From: Octopus vulgaris
Lineage: Eukaryota
Reading direction: 5' to 3'
Assembly (NCBI GenBank): GCA_951406725.2
Contig: OX597831.1
Location: 26,908,001 to 26,972,000, forward strand
Length of the DNA: 64,000 bases
Under the pieces are notes generated by a model, which worked only from the letters and a program-made list of their open reading frames with translations, was not told the origin of the DNA and did not search any database. Both the position numbers and the translations under genes were made by a program. This document shows, piece by piece, positions 42,186 through 56,492 of this stretch (positions are counted from its first letter, which is position 1; every line of letters starts with the position of its first letter).

Positions 42186-42373
42186 TATTCACTTCGTCAT
42201 TATATTTACTGCGGTAGTATTTTGACCATATAACACATGATGTCCGGATGGATATCTGAACTGCTCCTGTGTATACGTGCATATATATATATATATATAT
42301 ATGTATATACGTGAGCGTATACGTAAGTCTTCGTATGTTTGAGTGTATATATATGTAATTATGTACAATTCTT

Positions 42374-42441
42374 GGTATATGTCATTGACGAAGGCAAAAT
42401 ATTTTTGTACAGAGCTAGAAACCCAGGGTCTGGAAGTATCC
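42374..42441 (+). ncRNA. Type-I hammerhead motif, core UUGACGA, decayed stem I (family G element ~42365-42572)
   Basis: tca-TTGACGA-a-ggc...gct-a-GAAA-ccc-a-ggg-TC-tgg. Confidence 0.65.
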
Positions 42442-42580
42442 AATTTTCACTAGTTTATTTATTTGTGTTTTCACCTTATGCTGTATTGAATATATGATGT
42501 GGTTTTAAAGTCAGGTTTTAACTGGTATTTCTAGCATGGTAGTATCTTTTAGATACCCTTATTTATAATTTTCATGTTTA

Positions 42581-42626
<46 letters not shown>

Positions 42627-43155
42627 ATCATAAATAAGTAATCTCGTTTTGCGCAAATAGATAGTTTCGATGAAAATTAGATTGTCTACAATAACATGGG
42701 GTACCTTAAGCGGAATCCACCATATTGCAAGAATTGGAACCAGTTCTCGAGCTTAAAGATATCTTCTGCGTCTTTAAGGTCCTGCAAAGTATCATGAACA
42801 CTGCCCTTTCCATCTGTCTAAAAGATTAAAAGCAAAATAACACAACAAGCTCTGGGGTGTAAACAGTGCTACCACACAATCATCGCCACGTTATTTCTTG
42901 GCAATGGACAGAAAATTTAGTTTCCTTACTATGATCTACCATTAAATTACTAACTGAGCAAAACATTTATGAAGAATTTACCATCTTTGGAGGTGGGTGC
43001 CCAGCACTCACTAAACACATACACTGTAATAATACAACACTAATATTCAAAGACGATGGCGCAAGTTAACACAAACATCAATTTCGTGAATCAGATTTCG
43101 TCCGCTTTATCCGATGTCGAGTTAAACGCGGTGCCATTTAACGAGGGTTCGCTGA

Positions 43156-43189
<34 letters not shown>

Positions 43190-43502
43190 TTTGATGCAAA
43201 CAGGAAGAACAGAACTCAAAATATGAGTATATGTATATTTTTATTAATAATTAGCAGAAGCAACAGAGTGACACAAGGCCCGATATTTTCGGATGTCGAT
43301 ACTTACCGAACTAGTTACTGGTCGAACGAAGACCTGTGAATTTATATACCTGATGATAAGTATATTCATCACCAGCTATATGAACTAGTTAGATAGGTGT
43401 GACCGCACGAAACTCTCGGACTTATATTATTATATATTATTCTTTAAGAAGAATAGACCGGTCAGCTAAAAGTTTTTTGTGCATTTTGATGTCGACATAA
43501 GT

Positions 43503-43599
43503 TCCTTGATTTTCCTGATGAGAAATCTGCATAATGTACTCCTTATTCCTTTGGAATTAGGAATATGCAGCCTTCGAAACATATGTCGAGAATAAAGGA
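43503..43599 (+). ncRNA. Canonical type-I hammerhead ribozyme motif with GUC site (family K)
   Basis: tccttgattttc-CTGATGA-gaa-at-ctgcata...tatgcag-cc-ttc-GAAA-catatg-TC-gagaataaagga. Stem I pairs at 11 of 12 positions, and ACATATGT is palindromic. Confidence 0.9.
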
Positions 43600-43649
43600 T
43601 ATTTGTTAACTAGTCGTTCAACTCCATTCTTTCATATACTTATAATTTT

Positions 43650-43700
<51 letters not shown>

Positions 43701-43728
43701 GCATATATATATAGACACATATATATAT

Positions 43729-43825
<97 letters not shown>

Positions 43826-44687
43826 CGTGACGGTGGGGGAGAGAGAAATGTTGTGATAATTGTTGAATTTAACCAATGTGTATTCTACGAAGGAGAGCGA
43901 TAGCGGAAGTATGTTCAGTCGTTAATATATCAAAGACCGGAAGAAAACAATTTAATATGTTAATATGTAATAATCTGCTATTTATAATAATAAGTACAAC
44001 AATAAGGTGGAAGTGGCAGTAGCAGCGGCGGCGGCGGCGGTGCTGCTGGTGGTGGGGTATGTTGGTTGTTGATTGAATAGCTATATGCTAAAATGGCGTT
44101 CCAGTCTTGACTGTTCCGTCTTTTGTTTAGCCAGAGTGTATCTTAGACTATATTTTCCAATATTGCTCTTATTTCAACAATTTTTCAAGACATCTCAGAC
44201 GTAATAAACCCTGTCTTTGTATATTTATATTTAGTTAAGCAACGTGCTTCTTGTCATGTGATTTCCGGGTGGTTTGGGATCGATCACGATATATCTTAGC
44301 CAAGGGTCTACCAGCATAGCTGGGCAATGACTAAGAAATTGTGAGTGAATTTTGGTATTGAAGAAACTGTGCCAGACTCCGAGCTGGCAGACACGTTAGC
44401 GTGCGGGGCGAAATGCTTAGCGTTATTTCGTCTGCCGCTACGTTTTGAGTTCAAATTCCGCCGAGGTCGACTTTGCCTTTCATCCTTTCGGGGTCGATAA
44501 ATTAAGTACCAGTTACACACTGGGGTCGATGTAATCGACTTAATCCCTTTGTCTCTATGTTTAACCCCTTGTGGGCAATAAAGAAATAAGAAACTGTGCT
44601 ATAGCTCATTTACGTACATAGATGTGTGTGTGTTTCAATATATCTATCTGTCTATCTATCTATTTATCTCTCTCTCTCTTTCTCTCT

Positions 44688-44774
<87 letters not shown>

Positions 44775-45672
44775 TACACGACGAGCTTCTTTTAGTTTCC
44801 ATCTACCAAATCCGCCCATAAGGCTTCGGTCAGCCAGGGGCTATAGTAGAAGACACTTGCCCAAGGTGTCACACAGTGGGACTGAACCTAGAACCATGTG
44901 GTTGGGAAGGAAGCTACTTGCCACACAGACATATATATATGCGTATATGTATATATATATGCTTGCATGTGTACATATGTGTATGTGTGTTTATAAATGT
45001 GTATGTATATAAATAGTACACACAAACACACACACACACACATATATAAATTCACACTCACACAGACATATGCACAAATTCGCGCGCGCGTGGAAGTGTG
45101 TGTTTGGGCGTTCGCTTTTTGTTTTTACATGTAAACAGAAGCGAAAGAAACCAATTGAAGAGAGAGAGACAAACAGACAGACAGATAGACAGAGAGGGAA
45201 GGGAAAGGGATAGTTCTTTGCCGAAAATCTACCGCCTCTCCGTCTCACCATTAAGGGGCTACTGCCGAGATATTAATGGGGATCACAGGCTCCCATTAAA
45301 GAAAATAACATAAATATCATAAATATACAAATCCAGGAAAACAAGTTTGCCAATTAAAGTACTTCCGGTTGAAAACAAAAAGAAGAAAAAAGAAGCAACA
45401 CTATAAAAAAACAAACAACAACAAAACACCAATAGAAGGAACAGCAATATTAGCATCGTCATTATCATCATCATCTTCAACATCATTGTCACCACCACCA
45501 TCATCATCATCGTCATCATCTTCATCATCAACAACAACTGCAACAATAGCAACAGCAACAATAACATCATGATCATCATCAAGAACACCAACAGCTACAA
45601 CAACAACAATAACAATAGCAACAAAAACAATATCATCATCATCATCATCAACATCATCAAAAAAACAGTTGT

Positions 45673-46050
45673 GGAGGCGTAATGGCCCAGTGGATAGGGC
45701 AGCGGACTCGCGGTCGGAGGATCGTGGTTTCGATTCTCAGACCGGGCGCTGTTGTGTGTTTATTGAACGAAAACACCTAAAAGCTCCACGAGGCTCCGAC
45801 AGGGGATGGTGGCAACCCCTGTTGTCCTCTTTCGCTCCAACTTTCTCTCACTCTTTCTTCCTGTTTCTTGTTCCCGACTTCCTACGCAACCGTTGAGCCT
45901 GGATGCGCATTCATCCATCCGTCGATGCTCTCGGTGTCGGGGGTTGATCTGCTTCTCTTCTGCAGGTGTTAAGAATAGCAAAGGACCACGTTTCGGACTT
46001 CTCCCACTGGGACGAAGACCGCTTCGCTCAACAAACAAACAACAACAGCA
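45673..46050 (+). mobile_element. SINE head C with a fourth tail ending in (CAA)n-like repeats
   Basis: Head C runs to cttcctgtttcttg, then continues as ttcccgacttcctacgcaacc...cttcgctcaacaaacaaac. Confidence 0.8.
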
Positions 46051-46118
46051 ATAGATCAACGCAGTCTTTGTCGTTGTCGTCGTAGTCATCACCATTATCG
46101 CAAACAACAACAACCGTT

Positions 46119-46590
46119 GAGGCGCAATGGCCCAGTGGTTAGAGCAGCGGACACGCGGTCGTAAGAACGCGGTTTCGATTCCCAGATCGGGTATTGTGAG
46201 TGTTTATTGAGCAAAAATACCTAAGCTCCACGAGACTCCTGCAGGGAGGGGTGGTGAACCCTGTTGTACTCTTTCACCACAACTTTCTCTCTTTCTTCCT
46301 ACTTCTTCCACAAAGCAGAGGAACCATGGTGTAACCCACTATGGTGTAGTAAACTTTCAGACATTTGTCTAGATTGCGAATCCTCTGTACCCCAGGATGG
46401 GTCAGCTCTCCACCCGTTAAAAGCCACCGTTTACGGAATGAAGATAACAACGTAGCTTTCGCGCCCGTGCAACCGCCAGTCTATCGCGTGTGGTGGGTGG
46501 ATCTCCAAGTTGCCACACGCATTCTTAGTAGCTCAGAGTAGGCTCGAATTAGAGATTATTGCTTGTGGCTAATGGCGTGAGTCCTGATTG
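46119..46590 (+). mobile_element. SINE head C with a probable fifth tail ending in (AAG)n
   Basis: Head C runs to about 46300 and is followed by about 290 bp of unique sequence leading into (AAG)n at 46591. Confidence 0.6.
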
Positions 46591-46602
46591 GAAGAAGAAG
46601 AA

Positions 46603-46633
<31 letters not shown>

Positions 46634-46741
46634 AAGAAGAAGAAGAAGAAGAAGAAGAAGAAGAAGAAGAAGAAGAAGAAGAAGGAGGAGGAGGAGGAGG
46701 AGGAGGAAGAAGAAGAAGAACAAGAACAAGAAAAACGCTAT

Positions 46742-46824
46742 TTTGTTTGTCTTAATAACTGATGAAATGCCGGAGCAGACTTCAGCCCCGGCATCCGAAA
46801 CTGAGTTTTATTATGACAAACAAA
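46742..46824 (+). ncRNA. Type-I hammerhead ribozyme motif with long stem I (family I)
   Basis: tttgtttgtcttaataa-CTGATGA-a-atgccgg...ccggcat-cc-GAAA-ctgag-TT-ttattatgacaaacaaa. Stem I pairs at 16 of 17 positions and stem II is 7 bp. Confidence 0.88.
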
Positions 46825-46838
46825 TAATTGTCACGTAT

Positions 46839-46909
<71 letters not shown>

Positions 46910-47117
46910 CCTTTTACTCTTTACGTGTTTCAGTCCGTTGACTGCGGCCATGCTGAAGCACCGACATTTTTTAAGTCGAACAAATAAACCCCAGGACTTA
47001 TTCTTTGTAAACCTAGCACTTATTTTATTGGTCACTTTAGCCGAACCGCCAAGTTACGGGGACGTAAACTGGTCAACATCGGTTGTCAAGCGATGGTGGG
47101 GAGACAAACACAGATGC

Positions 47118-47181
<64 letters not shown>

Positions 47182-47589
47182 CAGGCTTCTTTCAGTTTCC
47201 GTCTACCAAATCTACTCACAAGGCTTTGGTCGGCCCGAGGCTATAGTAGGAGGCACTTGCCTAAGGTGCCACGCCGTGGGACTGAACATATAACCATACG
47301 ATTGAGAAGCAAGTTTCTTACAATATGACCACGCCTGCAAATATACACGTACACACAATCCTGGAAAAAATATTCCTGTATACGTACAAACGTATACAAG
47401 AATATTTTTTCCAGAACTTTTACTTTTCCAGACGAGATGACAACAGACCAAGATGCCTGGCACCTTTGCTGTACTCAAGAAGATCCGTACTCTACAGCAG
47501 AAGTGCTAAAGCCGCTCCCACTGGTGCAAGGGTCTTATGCCGGTCTTATGTAAAAAGGCACATGTACTGATGTCACGAAAGAGGGCTCG

Positions 47590-47746
47590 TGCGGTGCCAC
47601 GTAAAAGCGCCCGGTACACAATGTAGGAAGGGCATCCAGCCGCAGGAAACTATGCGAAAATAGACAGGGAGTCTGGTGCAGCTCTGCAGCTTGCCAGCTC
47701 TGATCAAACCGTCCAACCCACGCCAGCATGCGCAACGGACGTTAAC

Positions 47747-47817
<71 letters not shown>

Positions 47818-47850
47818 GTGATGGTGATGATGATGATGATGATGATGATG
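47590..47850 (+). mobile_element. 3' part of an RTE-related SINE with (GAT)n tail
   Basis: aggaagggcatccagccg...ccaacccacgccagcatg...cggacgttaa is followed by (tga)n. The family assignment is from recollection and needs a library check. Confidence 0.6.
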
Positions 47851-48025
47851 TGGAGGAGGAGGTGACGATGGTGATGGTGATGATAACTATTTTCAGCTTT
47901 TTTTTAGTATTTCCGTGTGTATTTATGTACTCGTATCAACATAGGTGTACTTGCGATGCTTCCATGTGTCCATGTGGATGTGTCGATATCTATATGAATG
48001 TGGGTGCATGTATGCCTGTCCATAT

Positions 48026-48112
<87 letters not shown>

Positions 48113-48408
48113 GATAGATGTCAAGTTTACATCTTAATTAAGGTACAAGGCTTGCTTTGGTGTCTGCATATTTTTCTGACTACGTATGGTTTCAATATTT
48201 GGTTGTGTATGTATATTTGTACATGTGTAAGTATAAATATATGTAATATATGTATGTGATTATGTACTGTATGTATGTGCACTTATTTATGTGCGTGTCT
48301 GTGTCTGCGTCTTTTTGTGTGTGTGCGTATGTATGTATATATATATATATATACACACAGACAGAAATATATATGTATATGTTTGTGTCTGCGTCTCTGC
48401 GTGTGTGT

Positions 48409-48502
<94 letters not shown>

Positions 48503-49112
48503 GCACGTATGCAGGTTTACAAATATGTATGTATATATATATATGTGTTTGTGTGTGTGTGTGTATGTTTCTGTGTGTGTATGTGTGTTTGTGTCTACGT
48601 ATATATGTATCAACGACTATGTGTGTATATATGTATGTAAGTATATATATATATATATATATATATATGAATGTCAGCATATATACATATGTAGTATCTA
48701 TGTATATGTATGCCTTTGCATGATTCAATTTATGTTTTGACATATACATGTGTGTGTATACATGCATGTATGTGTGTATATATATACACGCACCTACATA
48801 CATGCACACATATACACTTGCTCATATATCTCTATTTACATATTTCTTTACCTAATTCAGACTAAACTTCCGGAATATTTTACAGAATTTCACATATTTT
48901 CCGCTGTTTTGCATATTTTACATTAAATGACTTGAAATAGTAATTTCTTAATTAGCCGTGTCTTTTTCTGGTTTTGTGAATTCCGGCTTCTCAACATTTT
49001 TGCTACCTTAGTAATCACAGGTATAAATCTAAAGTTAATGCCCCAGGGCAGGGGAGCGTATGTAGAATAGTTAGTTTTCTTCTCTCTCTCTCTCTCTCCC
49101 TCTCTCTCTCTC

Positions 49113-49156
<44 letters not shown>

Positions 49157-49183
49157 CATACATACCTACCTACATACATACAT

Positions 49184-49302
<119 letters not shown>

Positions 49303-52300
49303 ATACATATATATCATACATACACATACACATACATACAGGCGTGGCTGTGTGGCAAGAAACATGCTTCCCAACCACATGGTTCCGGGTTCAGTCCCAC
49401 TACGTGGCGCCTTGAGCAAGTGTCTTTTACTATAGCCTCGGGTCAACCAAAGCTTTGTGAGTAGATTTGGTAGGCAGAAACTGAAAGAAGCCCCTTTGTG
49501 TGTCTGTGCTTGTCCCCCTCCCCACTATCGCTTGACAATCGATGTTGGTGTGGTTACATCCCCGTAACTTAGCAGTTCGGCATAAAAGACAGATAGAATA
49601 AGTACTAGGCTTATGAAGAATGAGTCCTGGAATCCATTCGTTCGACTAAAGGTGGTGCTCCAGCATGACCGCAGTCAAATGACTGAAACACGTAATAGAA
49701 AAGAATATATATACATACCCACACACATATGTATGTATGTAATTATATATGTGTATATATATATATACACACACACACACACATATACTTATACATGTGT
49801 GTGTGTGTGTGTGTGTATGTATATATGCAGGTATGTAAGTATGAACATGTGTCTTTATGTACGTATGTATATGTATATGTATGATATATGGATGTTCTCA
49901 TGTTTGCAGGTTCAGTCCCACTGCTTGGCATCTTGGGCAAGTGTCTTCTAGTATAGTCTCGGGCTGACCAAAGCCTTGTGAGTGGATTTGGTAGACAGAA
50001 ACTGAAAGAAGCCCGTCGTGTGTGTGTGTGTGTGCGTGTGTATGTGTTTGACCATCACCCATCCATCCACCCGCCATAACTTGACAACCGATGCTGGTGT
50101 GTTTATGACCTCGTAACTTAACCGTTTGGCAAAAGAGACCCGATTGAATAAGTAGTAGGTTTACGAAGAATAAGTCCTGGTGGGAGCGATTTGTTCGACT
50201 AAACCCTTTCAAGGCACCGCTCCAGTATGGCCAGAGAGTGGCATGATTGAAACAAAAGATAAAAGAATATATGTACACTTATGGATATATGGATGTGTGA
50301 ATGTATATGTATGCATGTATGTATGTATGTATGTATGTATGTATGTATGTATGTATGTATGTATGTATTTTTGTATGTATGTATGTATATGTGTGTGTAT
50401 GTACATGTATGCGTGAATTTGTATATATATAGTTAGTCTGGACGTATGTCTGTACGTATACATATAGATATGTATATGTATGTATATTTATGTGTGTGTG
50501 TGCGTGAGTGATCACTGTACGCTTTTAATCGATTTTATTTAATACAAGTCTTGCCGACACAAACTAACACCAGTCTCTTTGGAGTCCGTGTGTGTTGTTG
50601 TATATATATATATATATACATATATAGATCGTGTCCGTAAAGTTTTCTTCACTCATCCGGCTGGAGTATTGATTAGATGTAAGTAGGACAACAAATTGAA
50701 GCCATATCGAACTTCACTAAACTGTACATAAACTTTATTATTTGCTCTCTTATTCAACATGAATATGAAATGTGTTGTGTCGCAAGGTACATCAATATAT
50801 AGTTTTGAAATATCTCACTATGACTTTACGAACACACACATACACTCGCATACACATCTTTATATGCATATATAGCGGTTGATTTTGTCCATAAGTACTC
50901 GGAGTTAGTCCGTTGCCACAATCTATCATCAATCGAATGAAAGAAACAAATGGGGATTCACCCACCGGAAGTCTTTACACGACAGTTAATGCTCTATTTC
51001 TATTGAGTTCATCACGTGACGTGACTCGATGGCGAAATCGTTAAACGCTTAACAGAATCTTTGGTGAAAACGATCCGTGGTATTTGCTGAAGGTCTTTAC
51101 GATTTGAGTTCAAATCCCACCGACATCAGTTTTGCTTTTCCTTTTTACAGGGCTAATAAAATAAAATAAAATAAACTACCAGCCTAGAACAATGGAATTA
51201 CGGAATCATCAAAGCTTTGGAAAACATGGTTTGTGATATCAGTTCAGATTTGTTACATCTCCATTTCAAATTCTTCTGTGGTCGATTTTGCCTTTTATCC
51301 TCGAAGGTCTAAAAATAAAGTACTCGTGAAGTACTGGCGAAAATTATATCGACTAAACCGCTATTTCAAATTTAAGGTCTTTGATGGAGACAATTATGAG
51401 GGTGGTGGATTGGTAAGGCTGTTAGAGCATCGGGGTTATGGTTAGGGTTAGGGCTAGGTATTTTTTCCAACTCTTTACTTTCTGAGTTCAAATCCCGCGA
51501 AGGTCAAATTTATCTTCCATTCCTTCGGTGGGGGGGGGGTAAATAAAGTACCAGTTATATATTGGGGACGATGGTATGGACGAAGCCATTACCTCAAATA
51601 TTTTAGGACATGTATCTAAGCTAGAAAAAATACTTTAATGCGATATTTGACTCGTCTACGACAATGAGCCCAGGCTGTTTCATTGGTTCATCTCGAACCC
51701 TTCTCGTAGGAACCCCGGCGGTGAGGAGAAAAAACACTTTCTGTATATGGGCTTATGTTGGTTCTCCATAAACCGTAAATCTTAGCCAGCCATGTGTTCA
51801 GCAGAGAAATATTCCGGGGGTAGATTTCGGGGGTCAATCCTGACCGACAAATCGCAGACACTTTAGATATGCCGGCGTTTATAGGAATGGTTACGGTACG
51901 AATGGAGGAAATGGGGGCGGCGTATCCTCTTTGTTCTTCTTATATTCCTGAACGGTGTCGTGGGGTGGATACCGTTGGAGTGGCCTGGGTTGGATATGGG
52001 GTTCGAGTGTTCAAGATTACATAGTTGTTATCTAAATTCCTGCGATGGAACTTTGCTCCTTTGTTAGTAACCAGATCTTTCTTCATTGGAAGAATTCAAA
52101 GAATTAAAATGGGGGAAGCACATATACACACTCACACATACATATATTTATATGTGTGTATTATGTATATATGTACATACAGACACACACACACACATAT
52201 AGATATACATATATGAGAGTGTGTATATATACAATATATATACAAACAAATATATAAATATATACATTACATAAACACATACACATGCAAACACATATAC

Positions 52301-52373
52301 ATTTACACATATATATCAAACACAAGTGTATACACATTCACAAAAGTTCATGTATTTTGAAAATACATACATG

Positions 52374-52478
<105 letters not shown>

Positions 52479-52584
52479 ACATATATACATACATACCGAT
52501 CGACAGTTAAACATATACACGTATATGCATGCAAACATTACATATATATATATATATGTGTGTGAGTGTGTATTTACACACGCG

Positions 52585-52622
<38 letters not shown>

Positions 52623-52989
52623 GACATGTATAGCTATCCAGACGTCTGGAGATCTGGAATACCAGACATCTGACGTCACAGTCACATATCGGACAGATGA
52701 CTCATTGTTTGGAGTTGAAGTTTGGGTTTATGGTGTTGTCGTTATTGTTGTTGTTGTTGATCATGATGATGATGATGAGGAGGAGGAGGAGGAGGAAGAG
52801 GAGTGGGGTGGTACCTGCGATGATGATGATAATGATATTGATGATGACTGTTGTGATGATGGTGATAGTTGTTTACATTCAATAGTCAGGTCGTCAGTCG
52901 TGTAATTGTTGATGATGATGATGATGATGATGCTGACGGTGGAGTATCTTGCATTTGGTAATGATAGAGGGCTGCAGTGGCACTGACAA

Positions 52990-53038
<49 letters not shown>

Positions 53039-53302
53039 GGTGGTGGTGGTGGTGGTGGTGGTGGTGGTGGTGGTAGTCGTCGTTATCGTTTTCGTCGTAC
53101 TATTTGGTGTTGTTGTTGTGTTACTGTTGTTGTTGTTGTTGCTACTGCTGCTGCTATTGCCACACATAAACACACACGAATACGCAAACACATACATGAA
53201 TACGTACAGACAGACATACCTATACATATGATTACATCCATGCCTGTCTCACATTTATACGTCACCATCACGTCATACAAACATTTATACACAGGCAGCA
53301 CA

Positions 53303-53345
<43 letters not shown>

Positions 53346-53372
53346 CCTATACCATCACGTCATACAAGCATT

Positions 53373-53433
<61 letters not shown>

Positions 53434-53886
53434 CACACACACACACACACAATCATACCACAGCACATCCATAATCTACAATCAACCAACTAATTAACAT
53501 ATACACTAATTAAAAACAACATTAATTAAGAAATATTTCAATTATAATTATTTATCCAAATGCTTTGAAAACTTTTCATCAAAAACATATATATATGTGT
53601 GTGTGTGTCCTTTCTTAATCAATTTCTCATTTATATTTTGCTCGATTTAACAGTGGTGGATTAGCAGAATTAATAGCATATCAGATGAAGGTGGATTAAC
53701 AAAATTGTTGAAATATCGTATAAAGTACCTTGTGGTAGTTATATACTGCTTTTAAGTTCTAAGCATAAGTCATACCAAGGTTACATTCTGAGCACAAGTC
53801 CATTGTTCCACGGTGGATAACATAAAGCAGTTATTTACTGAGCTGCAGACCTAAAACACCCATCCTTGTTTCGCTGTAAGACATTT

Positions 53887-54458
53887 TGGGGTTGTCCGGA
53901 AAGTTCGTGCCGTTTTTTAAAGGAAAGAAAAAGGTCAATAAATACTTTGCCATTACATTTTTAATCAACCAAATATGAACCATTTTGTTGCACAATGCGT
54001 CTTCATCTTTCCTTTAACTTGAAAATACCCTCTTCCCAGAACTGAGGTGGTTTCATGGCAAAGAATTCATCAAGGTATCTTTTTACATCATCCAAGGAAT
54101 TGAAACTTTTACCATTAAGACTATTCTGCAGAGACCTAAATAAGTGGAAATCCGAAAGAGCAATATCTCGTGAATATGGAGGGTGGGGTAACACATCCCA
54201 GCCGAGCTGCAGCACTTTTTGTCTGGTTCCCAAAGCATCAAGTGCCGAAAATGAACTTTCTTATCTTCCATTTTAAAGGGTTACAGAATTAACACAGGTT
54301 ATAGGAACATAAACCTTCTTCCACGAAAAGATAGCTTAGACTGTGCTCTAAATTGAGGTGTAGTCAAATCCTATTTCATGGACTCAACCATGTTCTAAAA
54401 TAAGTCGAAAGGTAAGGTAAGCTACTATAAATCGGCACGAACTTTCCGGACAACCCAA
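53887..54458 (-). mobile_element. Internally deleted mariner, same derivative as 14062-14609
   Basis: Same TIRs. The ORF has WDVLPHPPYSRDIALSDFHLFRSLQNSLNGK...EEGIFKLKER. Confidence 0.95.
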
Positions 54459-55857
54459 TTGTATTTTGTTAGGGTCATGGTAGTATTTAAAAAAACACAT
54501 GCACATTTCTCGTTGTTTTTTAAATTTATTTTATCATCGTATTGAATCGTTACCACATTGAACAAAATGCTTTGCGGCATTTCTTCCGGCTTGACGTTCT
54601 GAGTTTAAATTCTACCGAGATCGACTTTGCTTTTCATCATTTAGGGATCGATGAAATGACTTTCAGTCCAACGCCGGAGTCGTTGTAATCGGCTTAACTC
54701 TTCCCCGAAATTTCTGGTCCTGAGCTCAAATTTGAGATCATTATGAAAATTCTTATTATACGAAAGGCGGTTTTCAAATTCCGCCGAGGTCAACTCTACT
54801 TTTCATCCTTTCGGTGTCGATTAAATTAAGTACCAGTTATGCACTGGGGTCGACTTAATCCCTTCCCTCAAATTTCAGGCTTTTTGCCTACATTAGAAAG
54901 GATTATGTGAAAGGTGGTGAACTAACAGAATCGTTACTGCCCCAGACCAAATGCTTGGTAGCAGTTTTTCCCACTTCACATTCCGAGTTTAAATACCACC
55001 GAGGTTGACTTTTCCTTTCATAATTTTGGGGTCGATAAATATCGGGCACTGGGGTCGTTGTAATCGACATTTTCCCTTCCCCAAAACTTTGGGCCTTCCG
55101 TCAAAATTGGTTTCAAATTTTGGTACAAGGCATACACATGTGCGTGCACACGCACACACACACATATTCATATATGACAGGCTTCTGTCAGTTTCCGTGT
55201 GCCAAATCCACTCACAAGTCTTTGGTTGGCTGGGGTTACAGTAGGAGAAAGGCAATGGCGACCACGGCGGAATTTGAACTCAAAACGTAAAGACAGACGA
55301 AATTTTGCAAAGCATTTTTGCCCGACAAGCTTCTTACCACATATCGTTTACTTGTTTCAGTTATTGGATTACAGCCATACTGAGGGCTGCTTGACTGAGG
55401 CGCCGTCTGGAAGGGTTTAATCGAACAAATGGATCCTGGTACTTATTTCTTTTCTTTCCTTTTCTTTTTTTTTTTCTAGGTAGGTACTTTGACGAAAGGT
55501 TTCTGTTAAAAAGATAAGTAACGGAGGCATAAGCAAGCCAATACTGGCTGTTAAGAGGACGTGGGGGATAAACACAAACACACACACACAGAGGCTTCTT
55601 TCAGTTTCCGTCTACCAGTTCCACTAACAAAGACTTGGTTGACCCGAGGCAATAGTACAAGACACTCGCAGTGGAAGTGGAACTGAACCCGGGACCATGC
55701 AATTGGGAAGCAAGCTCTTACAACACAGCCACACCTATTATGTACACACACACACAAACTCATATATATACATGTGTATATACACACACATATTCGCCAT
55801 GATAGATTGCTAGCCACTACACATTGTTTATTTTCTCTCCTTGTTTCTTTCTGTGTT

Positions 55858-55895
55858 CCTTCCTGTGGAAGAGCGTAGGTTCGAAACGTTAAAGA
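55858..55895 (+). ncRNA. Family F minimal hammerhead-like motif (core CUGUGGA; element ~55795-55970)
   Basis: ctgtgga-a-gagc-gtag-gttc-gaaa-cgtt-aaag. Confidence 0.5.
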
Positions 55896-55968
55896 CTTTT
55901 TCACTTCCCAAGCGTTAAACTAACACATCTGTTTGTTGTCTACACTACCTGTCTTCGTCTTTTGTTTC

Positions 55969-56021
<53 letters not shown>

Positions 56022-56337
56022 TCTCCTATATAAATGATAATCAGGCTGAGAAGCAAATGGCAAAAGAAGAAAATGGAATGGGAATCCGTGGCGTTCTTAC
56101 ATTTCCCACCAAAAACACGAGCAACAACAATGTGAAATACTGCGCCCGCAGACAGGGATGGAGACCGGACCAGTTCGGTTCCCACCCGCTTCACAACCTC
56201 ACACCTCCTTCACAGATTTCAATAATTAAGCCGTCATCTCTGACACTACCTGTCTCTCTGGTTACTTACCATTCCAAGACAACTATAAATTAATAAGTAA
56301 GTTGTTTTCTTCACAGACTCTGTTTATGTGTCACGCT

Positions 56338-56410
<73 letters not shown>

Positions 56411-56423
56411 CTCTTTCTTTATT

Positions 56424-56492
<69 letters not shown>

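Noticed and set aside
43350-43425. Second hammerhead suggested by CTGATGA (43350) and GAAA (43409)
   Set aside because: No stem II forms between the two cores, CTGATGA is sequestered in a local tgatga/tcatca hairpin, and stem III is mismatched.
51440-51458. Telomeric TTAGGG repeats
   Set aside because: Only two to three units occur, inside a decayed SINE B, which is too short to interpret.
51640-52110. GC-richer segment, possibly a LINE 5'/ORF1 fragment
   Set aside because: I found no diagnostic motif, so it is left unassigned.
55970-56320. 107-aa plus ORF and nearby gtaagt donor-like sites
   Set aside because: The ORF starts within (TG)n, has no recognisable domain, and the splice sites do not define a coherent exon.
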